Origin: Candidatus Latescibacterota bacterium
Lineage (GTDB): Bacteria > Latescibacterota > UBA2968 > UBA8231
Assembly: GCA_965248265.1 (NCBI GenBank)
Contig: CBDFJF010000002.1
Location: 2,080,001-2,144,000, forward strand
DNA length: 64,000 nt
Direction of reading: 5' to 3'
Shown: in pieces, positions 28,808 to 38,038 of the stretch
How positions within the stretch are numbered: the stretch's first letter is position 1
Layout of the letters: each line of letters begins with the position of its first letter
The notes under the pieces: generated by a model
What the model was told of the DNA's origin: nothing
Database searches by the model: none
What the model saw: the letters and a program-made list of their open reading frames with translations, nothing else
Made by a program: the position numbers and the translations under genes

Positions 28808-29731
28808 TTAGAACTGAGACTTGATCCTGCCCCAACTCTGGGACTCAACGGAGGTCATCATGTCGTCCCAAGGCAGATCATCTCTGAGCTCTTCGAGGTA
28901 CGTGTCGCCCATGCCGAAACCACCAATGCCAAGGACGCCGGTGTTCCAGCGGTCGGTGGGGCCGCCGCCGTCCTCCTCGCTGTCGTCGTCATTATTGCGC
29001 CAGGTGGTATGCATGATGGTACCCTCTTCCACGGTTTTCCAGACATGCTCGGAGTAATTGCCAATCTCCGAATAATCCAACCCTGAGGGATAGAAATCCA
29101 GCATCCGCATCTGGTGCTCGTAGTGATAGGTGCTCTCGCCGTACTCCTCGCCGGTGAAGGACCACTCCAGCGAGTGCTGCTCGTTGTGGTTAACTGACCA
29201 GTCGCAGGCGTTGCAGGGGCTGACGACCATCCAGGTGTCGCCGGTGGAGGACTTGGGCACGGCGAAGTTGACACCCCATTGCGGATTTATTCCTTCCGCC
29301 TCCCGATGGTCGCGCAACTCCTGCTCGCCCATGTGGAGGGCCACCCACATGTGCTCGGCCCCGTCGTCGTCGTACCAGTCGTAAGAGTCGGCGCGGTCGA
29401 TGACGTGAACGTCGTCGAAGACGGACTGGCAGTAGTAAAAGTGCGAGGAGCCGTCAACGCTGGCGCTCCATCCCATACGGGTCGTGATTGTGAGGTCACT
29501 GGGGTTCATCTCGCCTCTCGTGAGATCCGAATCGTAGAAATCGGCGCCCAGCAGCCAGTACTCATCGCCCGGAATGACCGCATCCCAGTCGCTGCAGTCG
29601 CCGTCGATGGTGGGTTCGTTGCCGGCGGGGAACTGTACGGCGGTCCAGATCTCGTCAACCGGATCGTGGGCCAGCACCGCCGTGGAAATAGCCATGATGC
29701 AAACTACAAACATCAGTGCAACTTTGCGCAT
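28808..29731 (-). CDS. Secreted CBM9/DOMON-like protein with C-terminal SWGRIK motif (cassette copy 1)
   Basis: Signal peptide MRKVALMFVVCIMAISTAVLA-H, PTIDGDCSDW, VFDDVH and ending SVESQSWGRIKSQF. AAGGAG RBS. Confidence 0.8.
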   Translation of the reverse strand: MRKVALMFVVCIMAISTAVLAHDPVDEIWTAVQFPAGNEPTIDGDCSDWDAVIPGDEYWLLGADFYDSDLTRGEMNPSDLTITTRMGWSASVDGSSHFYYCQSVFDDVHVIDRADSYDWYDDDGAEHMWVALHMGEQELRDHREAEGINPQWGVNFAVPKSSTGDTWMVVSPCNACDWSVNHNEQHSLEWSFTGEEYGESTYHYEHQMRMLDFYPSGLDYSEIGNYSEHVWKTVEEGTIMHTTWRNNDDDSEEDGGGPTDRWNTGVLGIGGFGMGDTYLEELRDDLPWDDMMTSVESQSWGRIKSQF

Positions 29732-29744
29732 GATTGATCTCCTT

Positions 29745-29766
29745 CGATAAGGGAACGATAAGGGAA
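29745..29766. repeat. Perfect 11-bp tandem duplication in the 5' UTR
   Basis: CGATAAGGGAA x2 immediately upstream of the RBS of the 29731 gene. Confidence 0.9.
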
Positions 29767-29815
29767 CATTGCGAGTGAGTGAATTTTTTTCACCTCGACA
29801 CCGTTTCAAAGAGTT

Positions 29816-29857
29816 AATATAACACAAGAAGAACAGCAATCAAGAAAAAAATAAAAA
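29816..29857 (-). promoter_or_regulatory. Putative sigma70 promoter with AT-rich UP element for SWGRIK gene 1
   Basis: Minus strand TTTTTATTTTTTTC-TTGATT-N16-TATATT with an extended -10 TG, in an AT-rich island. Confidence 0.65.
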
Positions 29858-29873
29858 GCCCCGCCGGCCCGTT

Positions 29874-32123
29874 TCAGTAGGCCAGGGAGAGGGTCCCCGC
29901 GGCGGTTTTCCGGCCCTCGTCGCTGTGGAGCTCGACCTGGACGATGTAGACTCCCGGGGGGGCCAACAGGCCGGCATCGTCGCGGCCGTCCCAGCGACGG
30001 GTGAAGTGGCCGCTGGCCGTGGGGGCGGCCGCGATCAGGCGCCGCACGGAGCGGCCGTCGAGGGTCCAGATGCGCACGTCGACGGGGCGTTGGTCCGTCA
30101 GGTCGCGCAGGTTGAAGGAGATGGAGGCTTCGTCGTTGACCCCGTCGCCGTTGGGGGTAAAGGCGCGAGGCAGGATCTCCAGCTGCTGCACCAGGTCGCC
30201 GCCGGCCGGGGTGCGCACGGAGAGGACGTTGCCGATGAAGCGGATGGTGGCATCGCCCGGCCTGATCGTCTGCTTCAGCTCCGGCTCCTGGCTGTCGTAG
30301 ACCCAGCCGCTGAATTCGGCGCCGAAACGGAGGACCCGAGCGCTGAATTGCACTTCGATCCGCTTCTCGTTGTCCTGCTGGGGGTCCACCAGCCGGTCGA
30401 AGGAGAGGATGACGCGGTCTTCCCGGATGTCCGGCTTGTAGCGGTCATCGCCGAGGTCGACTTCCTGGCCGCCCACGCGCAGCGACGAGACCTCGGCCGG
30501 GCCGTAGGTGAAGATCTCCAGACGGTCGAATCCCGCATTGCCATCCCTCAGCACCGGCTTGACGACGTATGTGAAGGGTTGGGGCTCGAAGCTGTCCACC
30601 TCGATCGGCCAGATTTCGCCGACTACCTCTTCGGCGGCCGACGCCTCGGAGAACAACAGGGACAAATCGTCCAATCGCGGCGTCTGGTCGGCGGTGGCCT
30701 CCAGCACGATCTCGAGCTGCAGGTAGCGGGTGGGTCCCGGGGAGAGGAACCGGGTGCCGTCCGTCCAGGCGGCGGCCGGCGCGCTCTCGTCGCGCAGGCC
30801 AGCGGCGAAGCTGTAGGTGGCGGACCAGAAGCTCCAGTTGTCCCGGTCCAGGGTGCGTTGGGCATCGCTGGAAGGGTATTCACGGGACCAGGTGTCGAAG
30901 TCGGTCTCCACGAATCCCCCGATCACCGTGCGCAGCTTCCACAGATCGGTCTCAAGAGTTTTCCCGGTGCGAGAGCGTATCGATATCCTGGTGCCGGGCG
31001 GCTGTTCCCCGGACCAGCGGATTTTGCTCCAGGTGACGGGGCGGCCGAAGTCGAGGATCCGCGAGCGGTAAACGGAGCGGCGGACGTAACCTTCGCCGTA
31101 TACCTCGATCTCCGCCACCTCCCACGTGCGGGTCGGGATATACGGGCGGACGGAGACCATCCGCACATCGCGCGTGGGGAAGCGGAAGTCGATGACCGGA
31201 TCCAGGTTGTCCCTGGTCTGGATCAGCGCTTCGAAGTTCGGGTCCGTGTAGAGTGAATCGGCGTAACCGGTGTTCTCGGAGTAGCGCCTGAACTGACCTT
31301 GACCTGGAGCGTAAACCCCGCCCGCGCCGGGCAGCTCCCTGATGGGGGCGTCGTTGTCGGTCACGGCGATCTCGTACCACTCGAGGTAATTGCCGGCAAA
31401 GCTGGTCTCCCCGAACGACTCCGGGTCCGGCTTGGGCTCGGCCATGGCGGCGATGGCGGCGGCATCGTCGAGCCGGCCGAGGCGGGGATAGATGCGCACG
31501 CGGTTGATCGGCATCTGGAGACCCAGGTTGATGATAACGGCCGTGGCCTGGGCTCCCAGGTAGACGCCGCCGGATATCAACGGCTCCGCCTCCAGCGGGT
31601 TCTCCCTGAACAGCACCAGGCGCGTGGTCGATGGATCCCCGTCGATGTGGGAGCGGAACTCGGGGCCCGCGAAGAAGCCGACGTTGTGACCGTGATAGAT
31701 GCCCCCACCTCGGGGGTAGAGATTGTCGAGCAGCACCAGATTCTCAAGGGGATCGACGAGGACCGCCTGCAGCACATTTCCTTCCATGGAGGGCTGGTCG
31801 GGGCCGCGGTGGTTGTACTCCTCCAGCATGATCCCTCCTCCGACCTCGAGAAGGCCGCTCAGGTCGCGCCGGTCCAGCTCGTTTCCGTCCTCGTCGACTA
31901 CGATGTAGGAGCCGGTAGTCACCTCCTCGCCCGTACTCTCCCTGTCCAGACCGATCCGGCCGTCGTTGTCAGCGGGAAGGAGAATGAACCGTTCGTAGGG
32001 AACGCCAAAGAGTTCCCATGTGTTATCTGCGGAGCCCAGGTGGAACTCGGCACGGGCACACAGGGTGCTGGGGGTGAGAGCCAGCAGGAGGGCGCCGGTC
32101 ACCAATCCGATGCGTCTTTTCAT
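29874..32123 (-). CDS. Secreted multidomain protein A1 with discoidin-like and C-terminal FlgD-Ig/TPNGDG domain
   Basis: Signal peptide, IDGDP..INLG..RVRIYPR..AEIEVYG, IRSRTG..WSFWS..SPGPTRYLQ, FTPNGDGVND and WDGRDDAG..PPGVY..LSLAY. Confidence 0.8.
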   Translation of the reverse strand: MKRRIGLVTGALLLALTPSTLCARAEFHLGSADNTWELFGVPYERFILLPADNDGRIGLDRESTGEEVTTGSYIVVDEDGNELDRRDLSGLLEVGGGIMLEEYNHRGPDQPSMEGNVLQAVLVDPLENLVLLDNLYPRGGGIYHGHNVGFFAGPEFRSHIDGDPSTTRLVLFRENPLEAEPLISGGVYLGAQATAVIINLGLQMPINRVRIYPRLGRLDDAAAIAAMAEPKPDPESFGETSFAGNYLEWYEIAVTDNDAPIRELPGAGGVYAPGQGQFRRYSENTGYADSLYTDPNFEALIQTRDNLDPVIDFRFPTRDVRMVSVRPYIPTRTWEVAEIEVYGEGYVRRSVYRSRILDFGRPVTWSKIRWSGEQPPGTRISIRSRTGKTLETDLWKLRTVIGGFVETDFDTWSREYPSSDAQRTLDRDNWSFWSATYSFAAGLRDESAPAAAWTDGTRFLSPGPTRYLQLEIVLEATADQTPRLDDLSLLFSEASAAEEVVGEIWPIEVDSFEPQPFTYVVKPVLRDGNAGFDRLEIFTYGPAEVSSLRVGGQEVDLGDDRYKPDIREDRVILSFDRLVDPQQDNEKRIEVQFSARVLRFGAEFSGWVYDSQEPELKQTIRPGDATIRFIGNVLSVRTPAGGDLVQQLEILPRAFTPNGDGVNDEASISFNLRDLTDQRPVDVRIWTLDGRSVRRLIAAAPTASGHFTRRWDGRDDAGLLAPPGVYIVQVELHSDEGRKTAAGTLSLAY

Positions 32124-32137
32124 AAGTATATCGTTCC

Positions 32138-35100
32138 TCAGTAAGCCACGGCGATGACTCGGGAGCTCTTGCGACTGCCTTCGGCCGCATCAGCGGAGAC
32201 GTCGATCTGACACAGGTAGAGGCCTGGGGGCACCAGGTTTCCTCCGTCGTCGCGACCGTCCCAGGCGATCTCCTGCTTTCCGCTCACGGTCTCGATCTCG
32301 AGGCGGCGGACCGGGTCGCCGCCCAGGGTGTAGAGGCGCACGGCGACGGTGCGTGCGGTGGAGACCTTGAACAGTGAAAACCGGATCTGCGCCGCGTCGT
32401 TGACGCCGTCGTTGTTGGGCGTGAAGGGATTGGGGGCGATGGCGATGTCGTCGACCAGCTTGCCCGTGTCCTCGGCGAAGATGACCAGGCTGCTGGCCGG
32501 GCGCAGCGCGGTGACATCGCCCTCGCCGGCCTCCTGCCAGGGGGCGTCCACCTTGCTGTTGCGCACCGCCACGTGCAGCTGCGTGCTGGGCCCGTAGAGG
32601 GCGGCGGCCACGCGCAGGCGCAGCAGCTTCCCGGGGCCGACGACGGAACCGCGCCGGTTGCCCAGGCGACGGTGATCGATCTGATCCAGGGTGTCGCCGA
32701 GGCTGTTGAACACGGTCTGCTCCCCCAGGCCGGTGACGATGCGGAAGTAGCGCACTGGCCCCTGCTCCTCCTCCGGTAGCTCCTCGTAGGCGGCCCCATC
32801 ATCCACCTCCTCCAGGGTCCCGTCGCTGGCGATCTGGAAGTAGCGCGTGGCGCCCCGCTCCTCCGCGATCAGCTGGGCGTGGCTATGGACGCTCAGCAGC
32901 CGGCCGTCCAGCGTGGTGGGGACTTCGTCGCCGGGCTCCAGTATCCGGAAGTATTGCCTGGGAAGCACCGTCGCCTCCACGCTGTTCTGGAGGGCGTCCT
33001 CGGGCAGGTGCAGCAGCAGGGAATCCGCCCGGGTGGTCTCGGTCACCTGGAGGACCTGGCCGTCGGCATCCTGGAGGCCGTCGGCGTGGGGCCGGTCGAA
33101 GATCAGCTCCGGTTCCCCGGCACCGAGCTCCGACTCGGTGCCCACCGCCACGTCGACGACCTGGAGCGCGAGAGCCGGGTTGGCCAGCACCAGAACCTCG
33201 TCGAAGCCCGGACTGGGCTCGAGTTCGTCGTCAAAAGTCTGCACGACGAAATCGGGCTGCACGAAGACCTCGAAGGTGTCCAGGCGTCCCGGCCGGGCCA
33301 GATCGGGCCAGACCTCGGCGCCCAGCCGCTGCGCCACAGGGGTCCGCAGATCGATGCTGAGACGCCTGACGGAGGGCACCGCCTGACGGTCGTGGTTGAC
33401 GAGGCGCACCTGGAACTGCATGAAGCGGCGCAATCCCGGCGACGTGGCCGTCTCGCCCGAGCGCTCGTATTTGCGGCTCCAGGGGCTCCACCCGGGTCCC
33501 ACTACATCCGAAACGTGGATCAGACCTTTGAGTGCGCGCGGCAGGCCGTTATAGGCCTTTTCAGTTAAGGAGCAATTTCCCCCGGTGTTGCAGTAGATGG
33601 TCTCCTCCAACTTCTGAGCGCCGGTGCGCGTGCGAATCTCCACCTCGGAACCGGGGGGCGCGTCGGCTTCCCAGCGGACGGCGCCCAGCGTGAAGCTGCC
33701 GGGCAGCTCGATCAGGTCCGACTCCAGGACCGCCTCGGCGGTAGGGGCGCTGCTGAAGAGCGACATCAGCCCGATTTGGGGGGGCCGAGCGCGGCTCCAG
33801 AATCCGTGTTCGGCCCTGTCTTGGTCGTGGGCGAAGGTGATGAAGTCCAGGTAGCGGACGCGGCGGGTCGGGTCCAGCAGGTCCGCCGTACGGGCGTAGA
33901 ATCCCTGCTCGAAGTTGTTCTCCCGCTCGACGGGAGAGATCTGCTGCCACTGGAGATTGCCCTGGGGGTCCCTGGCGCCGTTCGAGCTGCGGATGAGGTA
34001 GCCCCGCGAGCGCTCGCGTTCGCCGGGTCCCGTGAGTATCCGGAGCTCGTCCAACCACACGGTGCCGCCGAGGTCGATGGTGACCGTGTTTTGCTCCGGA
34101 TGGTTCGGGAGGAAGGTCGACATCGGGTATGAGGTGGGGGCTTCGCCGTCGAACAGCAGCAGAGGATCCCCGGGACCGGAGAGTGTGCCGCCGCCCTCCA
34201 GAAAGCCCACGCCGATGTCGTCTCCCCGGCCCCAGGCCTCCACCTCGGCCAGACGCGGCAGCTCGCGGCGGTAGTACACCTGGCGGCCGCGCCGGTCTTC
34301 CGGCAGCTCGTCATAGGTCTCCTCGTCCACCGGCTCCTCGAAGTCCCCGTCCTTGAGGAAGTAGACGATGTCGCCGCGCTCGCTCGCCGGAAGGGCCTGC
34401 CACTCCTCCTGGCTGACCTCCTCCGCCCGGCCTCCGCGGGTATCGGTGACGAGGATGCGAACAACGTGCATGAGCTTGCCCCTCCACTCCGGGGAGGCCT
34501 CAAATTCATCGGGTAACCTCTTGCTTTCCTCCGACCGAGCGTCCGGGGGCAGGTCCTCACTGACCTGCGCGGCATCGAAGACGAACTCCCGCCTGTCGGT
34601 GTTCGCCCCTTCGAAGGGGATGAAGTTCTGCAGTTGGGTCGGGTCGGTCGGGTAGTAGACGCTCTGTTTCGGCCCCAGGAGCAGGATGTAGCGGTAGAAG
34701 GGATCCCCCAGGCTCTCATCGACGAAGGTCAGCCGCAGTCGCTCGAGAGGCACCGCCCAGCCCAGGTCGATTTCGACCCACCAGTCCTCTTCGGGGGCGT
34801 CCAGGTCGGGCTCCCAGAAGGTGCTCGGGTCGCCGTCGACGATGTTCTCCTTCAACCGGTCGTTCGATCCGGCGCGGCTCACGCCGGGGCGAACGGTGTA
34901 GTCATAGACGAAGTTGTCGCTCCTGTCCGTGATAATGGCGCCGGTGATGTCCCGCTTGAGCGTGCTGTCTATGTTGCTGATGCGCGCCGTCTTCTGCCCC
35001 ACCGCCACCGAGCGAGAGAAGGATTCGCCCTGTAACAAGCTGTATACGGAACGAAAGTCACGAGCCCGCACCCAGCCATTGGTCTCGACGCGGACCAGAT

Positions 35101-35305
35101 GGGTCGGCAAGGTCCAGTCCTGCCAGTGCGAAGCCCGGTCGACGATGACCCGGTCGCCGACTATCCGGTGGCCCTGCGCGTGGAGGGGGAGGGCCCCACC
35201 TGCCAGCAGCAACGGTAAGAGGCAGAGCGCGCGGGCGCACGCCCAGAACGCGTGGAGGCCCGGCCGGCGGCCGACGCTCCCTACCTGCTCTACACTTGCC
35301 TTCAT
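32138..35305 (-). CDS. Secreted multidomain protein B1 (discoidin-like, C-terminal FlgD-Ig/TPNGDG domain)
   Basis: ATG 35305 overlaps the upstream TGA. Signal peptide ..PLHA-Q, DGDPSTFW..WWVEIDLG, IRTRTG..WSPWS, NPFTPNNDGVND and WDGRDDGGNLVPPGLY..IAVAY. Confidence 0.8.
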   Translation of the reverse strand: MKASVEQVGSVGRRPGLHAFWACARALCLLPLLLAGGALPLHAQGHRIVGDRVIVDRASHWQDWTLPTHLVRVETNGWVRARDFRSVYSLLQGESFSRSVAVGQKTARISNIDSTLKRDITGAIITDRSDNFVYDYTVRPGVSRAGSNDRLKENIVDGDPSTFWEPDLDAPEEDWWVEIDLGWAVPLERLRLTFVDESLGDPFYRYILLLGPKQSVYYPTDPTQLQNFIPFEGANTDRREFVFDAAQVSEDLPPDARSEESKRLPDEFEASPEWRGKLMHVVRILVTDTRGGRAEEVSQEEWQALPASERGDIVYFLKDGDFEEPVDEETYDELPEDRRGRQVYYRRELPRLAEVEAWGRGDDIGVGFLEGGGTLSGPGDPLLLFDGEAPTSYPMSTFLPNHPEQNTVTIDLGGTVWLDELRILTGPGERERSRGYLIRSSNGARDPQGNLQWQQISPVERENNFEQGFYARTADLLDPTRRVRYLDFITFAHDQDRAEHGFWSRARPPQIGLMSLFSSAPTAEAVLESDLIELPGSFTLGAVRWEADAPPGSEVEIRTRTGAQKLEETIYCNTGGNCSLTEKAYNGLPRALKGLIHVSDVVGPGWSPWSRKYERSGETATSPGLRRFMQFQVRLVNHDRQAVPSVRRLSIDLRTPVAQRLGAEVWPDLARPGRLDTFEVFVQPDFVVQTFDDELEPSPGFDEVLVLANPALALQVVDVAVGTESELGAGEPELIFDRPHADGLQDADGQVLQVTETTRADSLLLHLPEDALQNSVEATVLPRQYFRILEPGDEVPTTLDGRLLSVHSHAQLIAEERGATRYFQIASDGTLEEVDDGAAYEELPEEEQGPVRYFRIVTGLGEQTVFNSLGDTLDQIDHRRLGNRRGSVVGPGKLLRLRVAAALYGPSTQLHVAVRNSKVDAPWQEAGEGDVTALRPASSLVIFAEDTGKLVDDIAIAPNPFTPNNDGVNDAAQIRFSLFKVSTARTVAVRLYTLGGDPVRRLEIETVSGKQEIAWDGRDDGGNLVPPGLYLCQIDVSADAAEGSRKSSRVIAVAY

Positions 35306-38016
35306 TGCCCCTGCTCCAGTCCAGCGTAAATGCTGATGAACGTCTGCACCGTGGTGGACGGATCCTCGCCGCGCGGATCGAAGCGTTCCACTGAGAACCC
35401 CGTCGCCATCAACATGCTGTAGCCCTGGTAGGCCGAGTTGGTGGTGACCTGGAGGCCGATGGACCGGGAGTTGAAATCCTCCGCGCGGCCGTTCAAATCC
35501 CGGGAGATGAGGTACTCGACGCCTGCCTGCAGACGGGTATCGGTCAACAGCGGCACGATAGCCAGGCCGGAAAACAGCTCCGTCAGGACGGTGCGGTCCC
35601 CGTCGTCGAAAAGGGTCCGACTGTGGTCTATATACTCGCTTTTCCACCGGGGCACAAGCTCCAGTGGCCCCAGGCGATAGGTATAGGAGGACTTGTTGAT
35701 CAGACCGAAGAAGTAGTCGGATTCGTCCAACCCGTATTCCGTCCGCTCCTGAGCGTTCAGGCGCTGGGAGAAACGGATGAAGTTGAGCTTGCTCTGCACG
35801 AAGAAGGCCCCCCGCTGCCAGTGATGGCCGGCGAAGGACTGGCTGACCCAGGTGTCCCGCGCCAGCAGCGGATCCTTCACTTCCGTGAGACGGCCAAGCA
35901 ACAGGGATTGATCGACCCGCCACTGCCACAGGTCGTCCGGAATGTCGTCGCGAACCGACTGGAGCATCCCGAAGAGACGCAGGCGTCCCCAGCGGGGCCA
36001 GGAGCGCATGAACCGCACCATCCCGTAGTCGCTGTGGTTGCGCCGAGCGGAGGCGATCGATTCGTCCCGCAGGGCCCCGGCCGTGACTTCCAGTTCAGGG
36101 GTCAGATGATATGTGCCGAAGGCGTTGAATCCGCGGTGGTCCCTGGGGTAGGGGTAGTCCGGTTCGTTGTCGTTCTCGAAGTGGTCCACCCAGTAATTGT
36201 GGTTCATGTCCACGCCGAGCAGGAATTCGGGACGGTCGGACTCGAACCGCAGGAACGGCTCCTCGTAGTCGGGAAACGTATTGGGGTTGACCCGGTTGTC
36301 GTTCTGATTGTAGTCGGGGATGAAGTCGCGGTTGCGGTCCCAGCCCGGAAACACGCGGAAGTCCCAGCCGCCCTGCGCGAAGGTGTCATAGCGGCGGAGG
36401 TCGGGTAGGCGGTCCTGGTCGTCGTTGTCGTCCACCAGGTCGTACTTCAACCGGTCGACGTTGTAGGACATGTTGCCGTTCAAGTCGGCGACGAAGCTCT
36501 GCGTATTGTAGAGAGGATCGATGCTGTAGGTCTCCCCGTAGAGGAAGAGCCGGCCGGCCTGTTTGCCGACGTTCAACATCCACGCCGGCCGGGCGCGCTT
36601 GCCGCGGATGCCAGAGGAGCCCTCCTGCTTCTCGGTGATGGGATTGGGGAACTTGCGGTAGCTCCACGACAGGTCGTACTCTCCGTACAGGTCGAAGCCC
36701 AACACGTCGCTCACTCTGAGGCTGCCGCCGACGAGGTGCGTGGCCGTGGGCAGACCGTACTCGAACTCCACTACGGTCAGATTGGAGCCGTCCTTGATGT
36801 TCCCCTCCGCCCGCTCGACCATGAGCAGCGTGTTCTGCTGGTCCGATATGACCCAGATCTGGTAGTCGTTCGCCAGGGTCATACGGAACTCGATCTGGGC
36901 GATCTCGCTGCGGTCCGCATGCGCCCGGGCGACGAAGGAAGGATCGGTGAGGTCGTAGGTCAGGCGGATCTCGTCGTTCCCATTGGCGTCGAGAAAGCCC
37001 TGGCCGGGGACCCCGCCCTGCACGACAGGCTCGAAGCGGATGTCCTTGCCGGTGTCGCGCTGACCGTCCACGTAGGTGATGATGATGTCGGACCCGGCCG
37101 GGAAGAAGGTCGCGCCGCTCTCTTCGTCCTCCGGCGAGTCGTCCCGCAAGACGACCTCGATCCGGGTCACTTGCTGGTTCATGGCCTCCGGGATGGTCCC
37201 GGATATCATGTTGTCCACGAGCTGTTCGTTCTGACTGTTGGACTGGTGGGCATTGGCCATGTGGACTCCCAGCTCCACGAAATCGCCCACCTGCGCCACG
37301 AGGCGACCCCCGATGATGGTCGTGACGTCGGTGCGGGGACGCGGTTCCTCCCGCCAGCCGATGCCCCCCTGGGAGTAGAGGAGGGTGGCGCTGTACTTGT
37401 TGGTCATGAAGTCGAGCTGCACGCCGTTGTACCGGGCCTTCGAGAAGACCAGCGGAGTCAGGGTCGTGCGCAGGTCGCGGCCGACGGTGAGGGCATAGCG
37501 ATACTGACCTTTCGACTCGGAGGCGACGGCGACGCCGCCGAACCATTGGTTCATGCGCGAGGCCTCGACGATGACGTGGCCCGACTCCGTGGGGGTCGTC
37601 TGACTGGCGTTGTAGAGCAGCCAGCCCTGGGTGAGGAGGTTGCCGTAGAGGTCGTAGAACGCATCTCCGGCAGGGTCCTCTACGTAGCCTTGGGCGGGGG
37701 CGGGCTCCCCGACGTAGCGGGAGTACGGGTCCCGAGCGTAGTTGATGGTCTCCCAATTCCGCCACGCGTACTCCGCCTGGAGCTCCTGCGGCGCGTACCA
37801 CCTGCGCATCGTCGGGTTGACCGTCTCCATCAGGACCACGGGCCCCTGGGGTCCGAAGCTGCGAATCCCCGCCTGGGTCTCACCCAGCCGGGCGCCGTAA
37901 TCGACCTGGGCGCCCGCCGTATCGAGGCCGATGACGGAGCCTGCCAGGAGTAGGATAGAGACCAACCTCAACGTCGTGCTCGAGCTCTTCTGTCGGGTCC
38001 GGTGGTCCTCTTTCAT
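35302..38016 (-). CDS. Large secreted protein C1-1, putative outer-membrane beta-barrel ('YAGLE' family)
   Basis: Signal peptide, QVDYGARLG N-terminus, amphipathic strand-like segments, an Asp/Asn-rich insert and C-terminus TFISIYAGLE. Confidence 0.7.
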   Translation of the reverse strand: MKEDHRTRQKSSSTTLRLVSILLLAGSVIGLDTAGAQVDYGARLGETQAGIRSFGPQGPVVLMETVNPTMRRWYAPQELQAEYAWRNWETINYARDPYSRYVGEPAPAQGYVEDPAGDAFYDLYGNLLTQGWLLYNASQTTPTESGHVIVEASRMNQWFGGVAVASESKGQYRYALTVGRDLRTTLTPLVFSKARYNGVQLDFMTNKYSATLLYSQGGIGWREEPRPRTDVTTIIGGRLVAQVGDFVELGVHMANAHQSNSQNEQLVDNMISGTIPEAMNQQVTRIEVVLRDDSPEDEESGATFFPAGSDIIITYVDGQRDTGKDIRFEPVVQGGVPGQGFLDANGNDEIRLTYDLTDPSFVARAHADRSEIAQIEFRMTLANDYQIWVISDQQNTLLMVERAEGNIKDGSNLTVVEFEYGLPTATHLVGGSLRVSDVLGFDLYGEYDLSWSYRKFPNPITEKQEGSSGIRGKRARPAWMLNVGKQAGRLFLYGETYSIDPLYNTQSFVADLNGNMSYNVDRLKYDLVDDNDDQDRLPDLRRYDTFAQGGWDFRVFPGWDRNRDFIPDYNQNDNRVNPNTFPDYEEPFLRFESDRPEFLLGVDMNHNYWVDHFENDNEPDYPYPRDHRGFNAFGTYHLTPELEVTAGALRDESIASARRNHSDYGMVRFMRSWPRWGRLRLFGMLQSVRDDIPDDLWQWRVDQSLLLGRLTEVKDPLLARDTWVSQSFAGHHWQRGAFFVQSKLNFIRFSQRLNAQERTEYGLDESDYFFGLINKSSYTYRLGPLELVPRWKSEYIDHSRTLFDDGDRTVLTELFSGLAIVPLLTDTRLQAGVEYLISRDLNGRAEDFNSRSIGLQVTTNSAYQGYSMLMATGFSVERFDPRGEDPSTTVQTFISIYAGLEQGQ

Positions 38017-38038
38017 GGAAACCTCATAGTTCAGAGCG

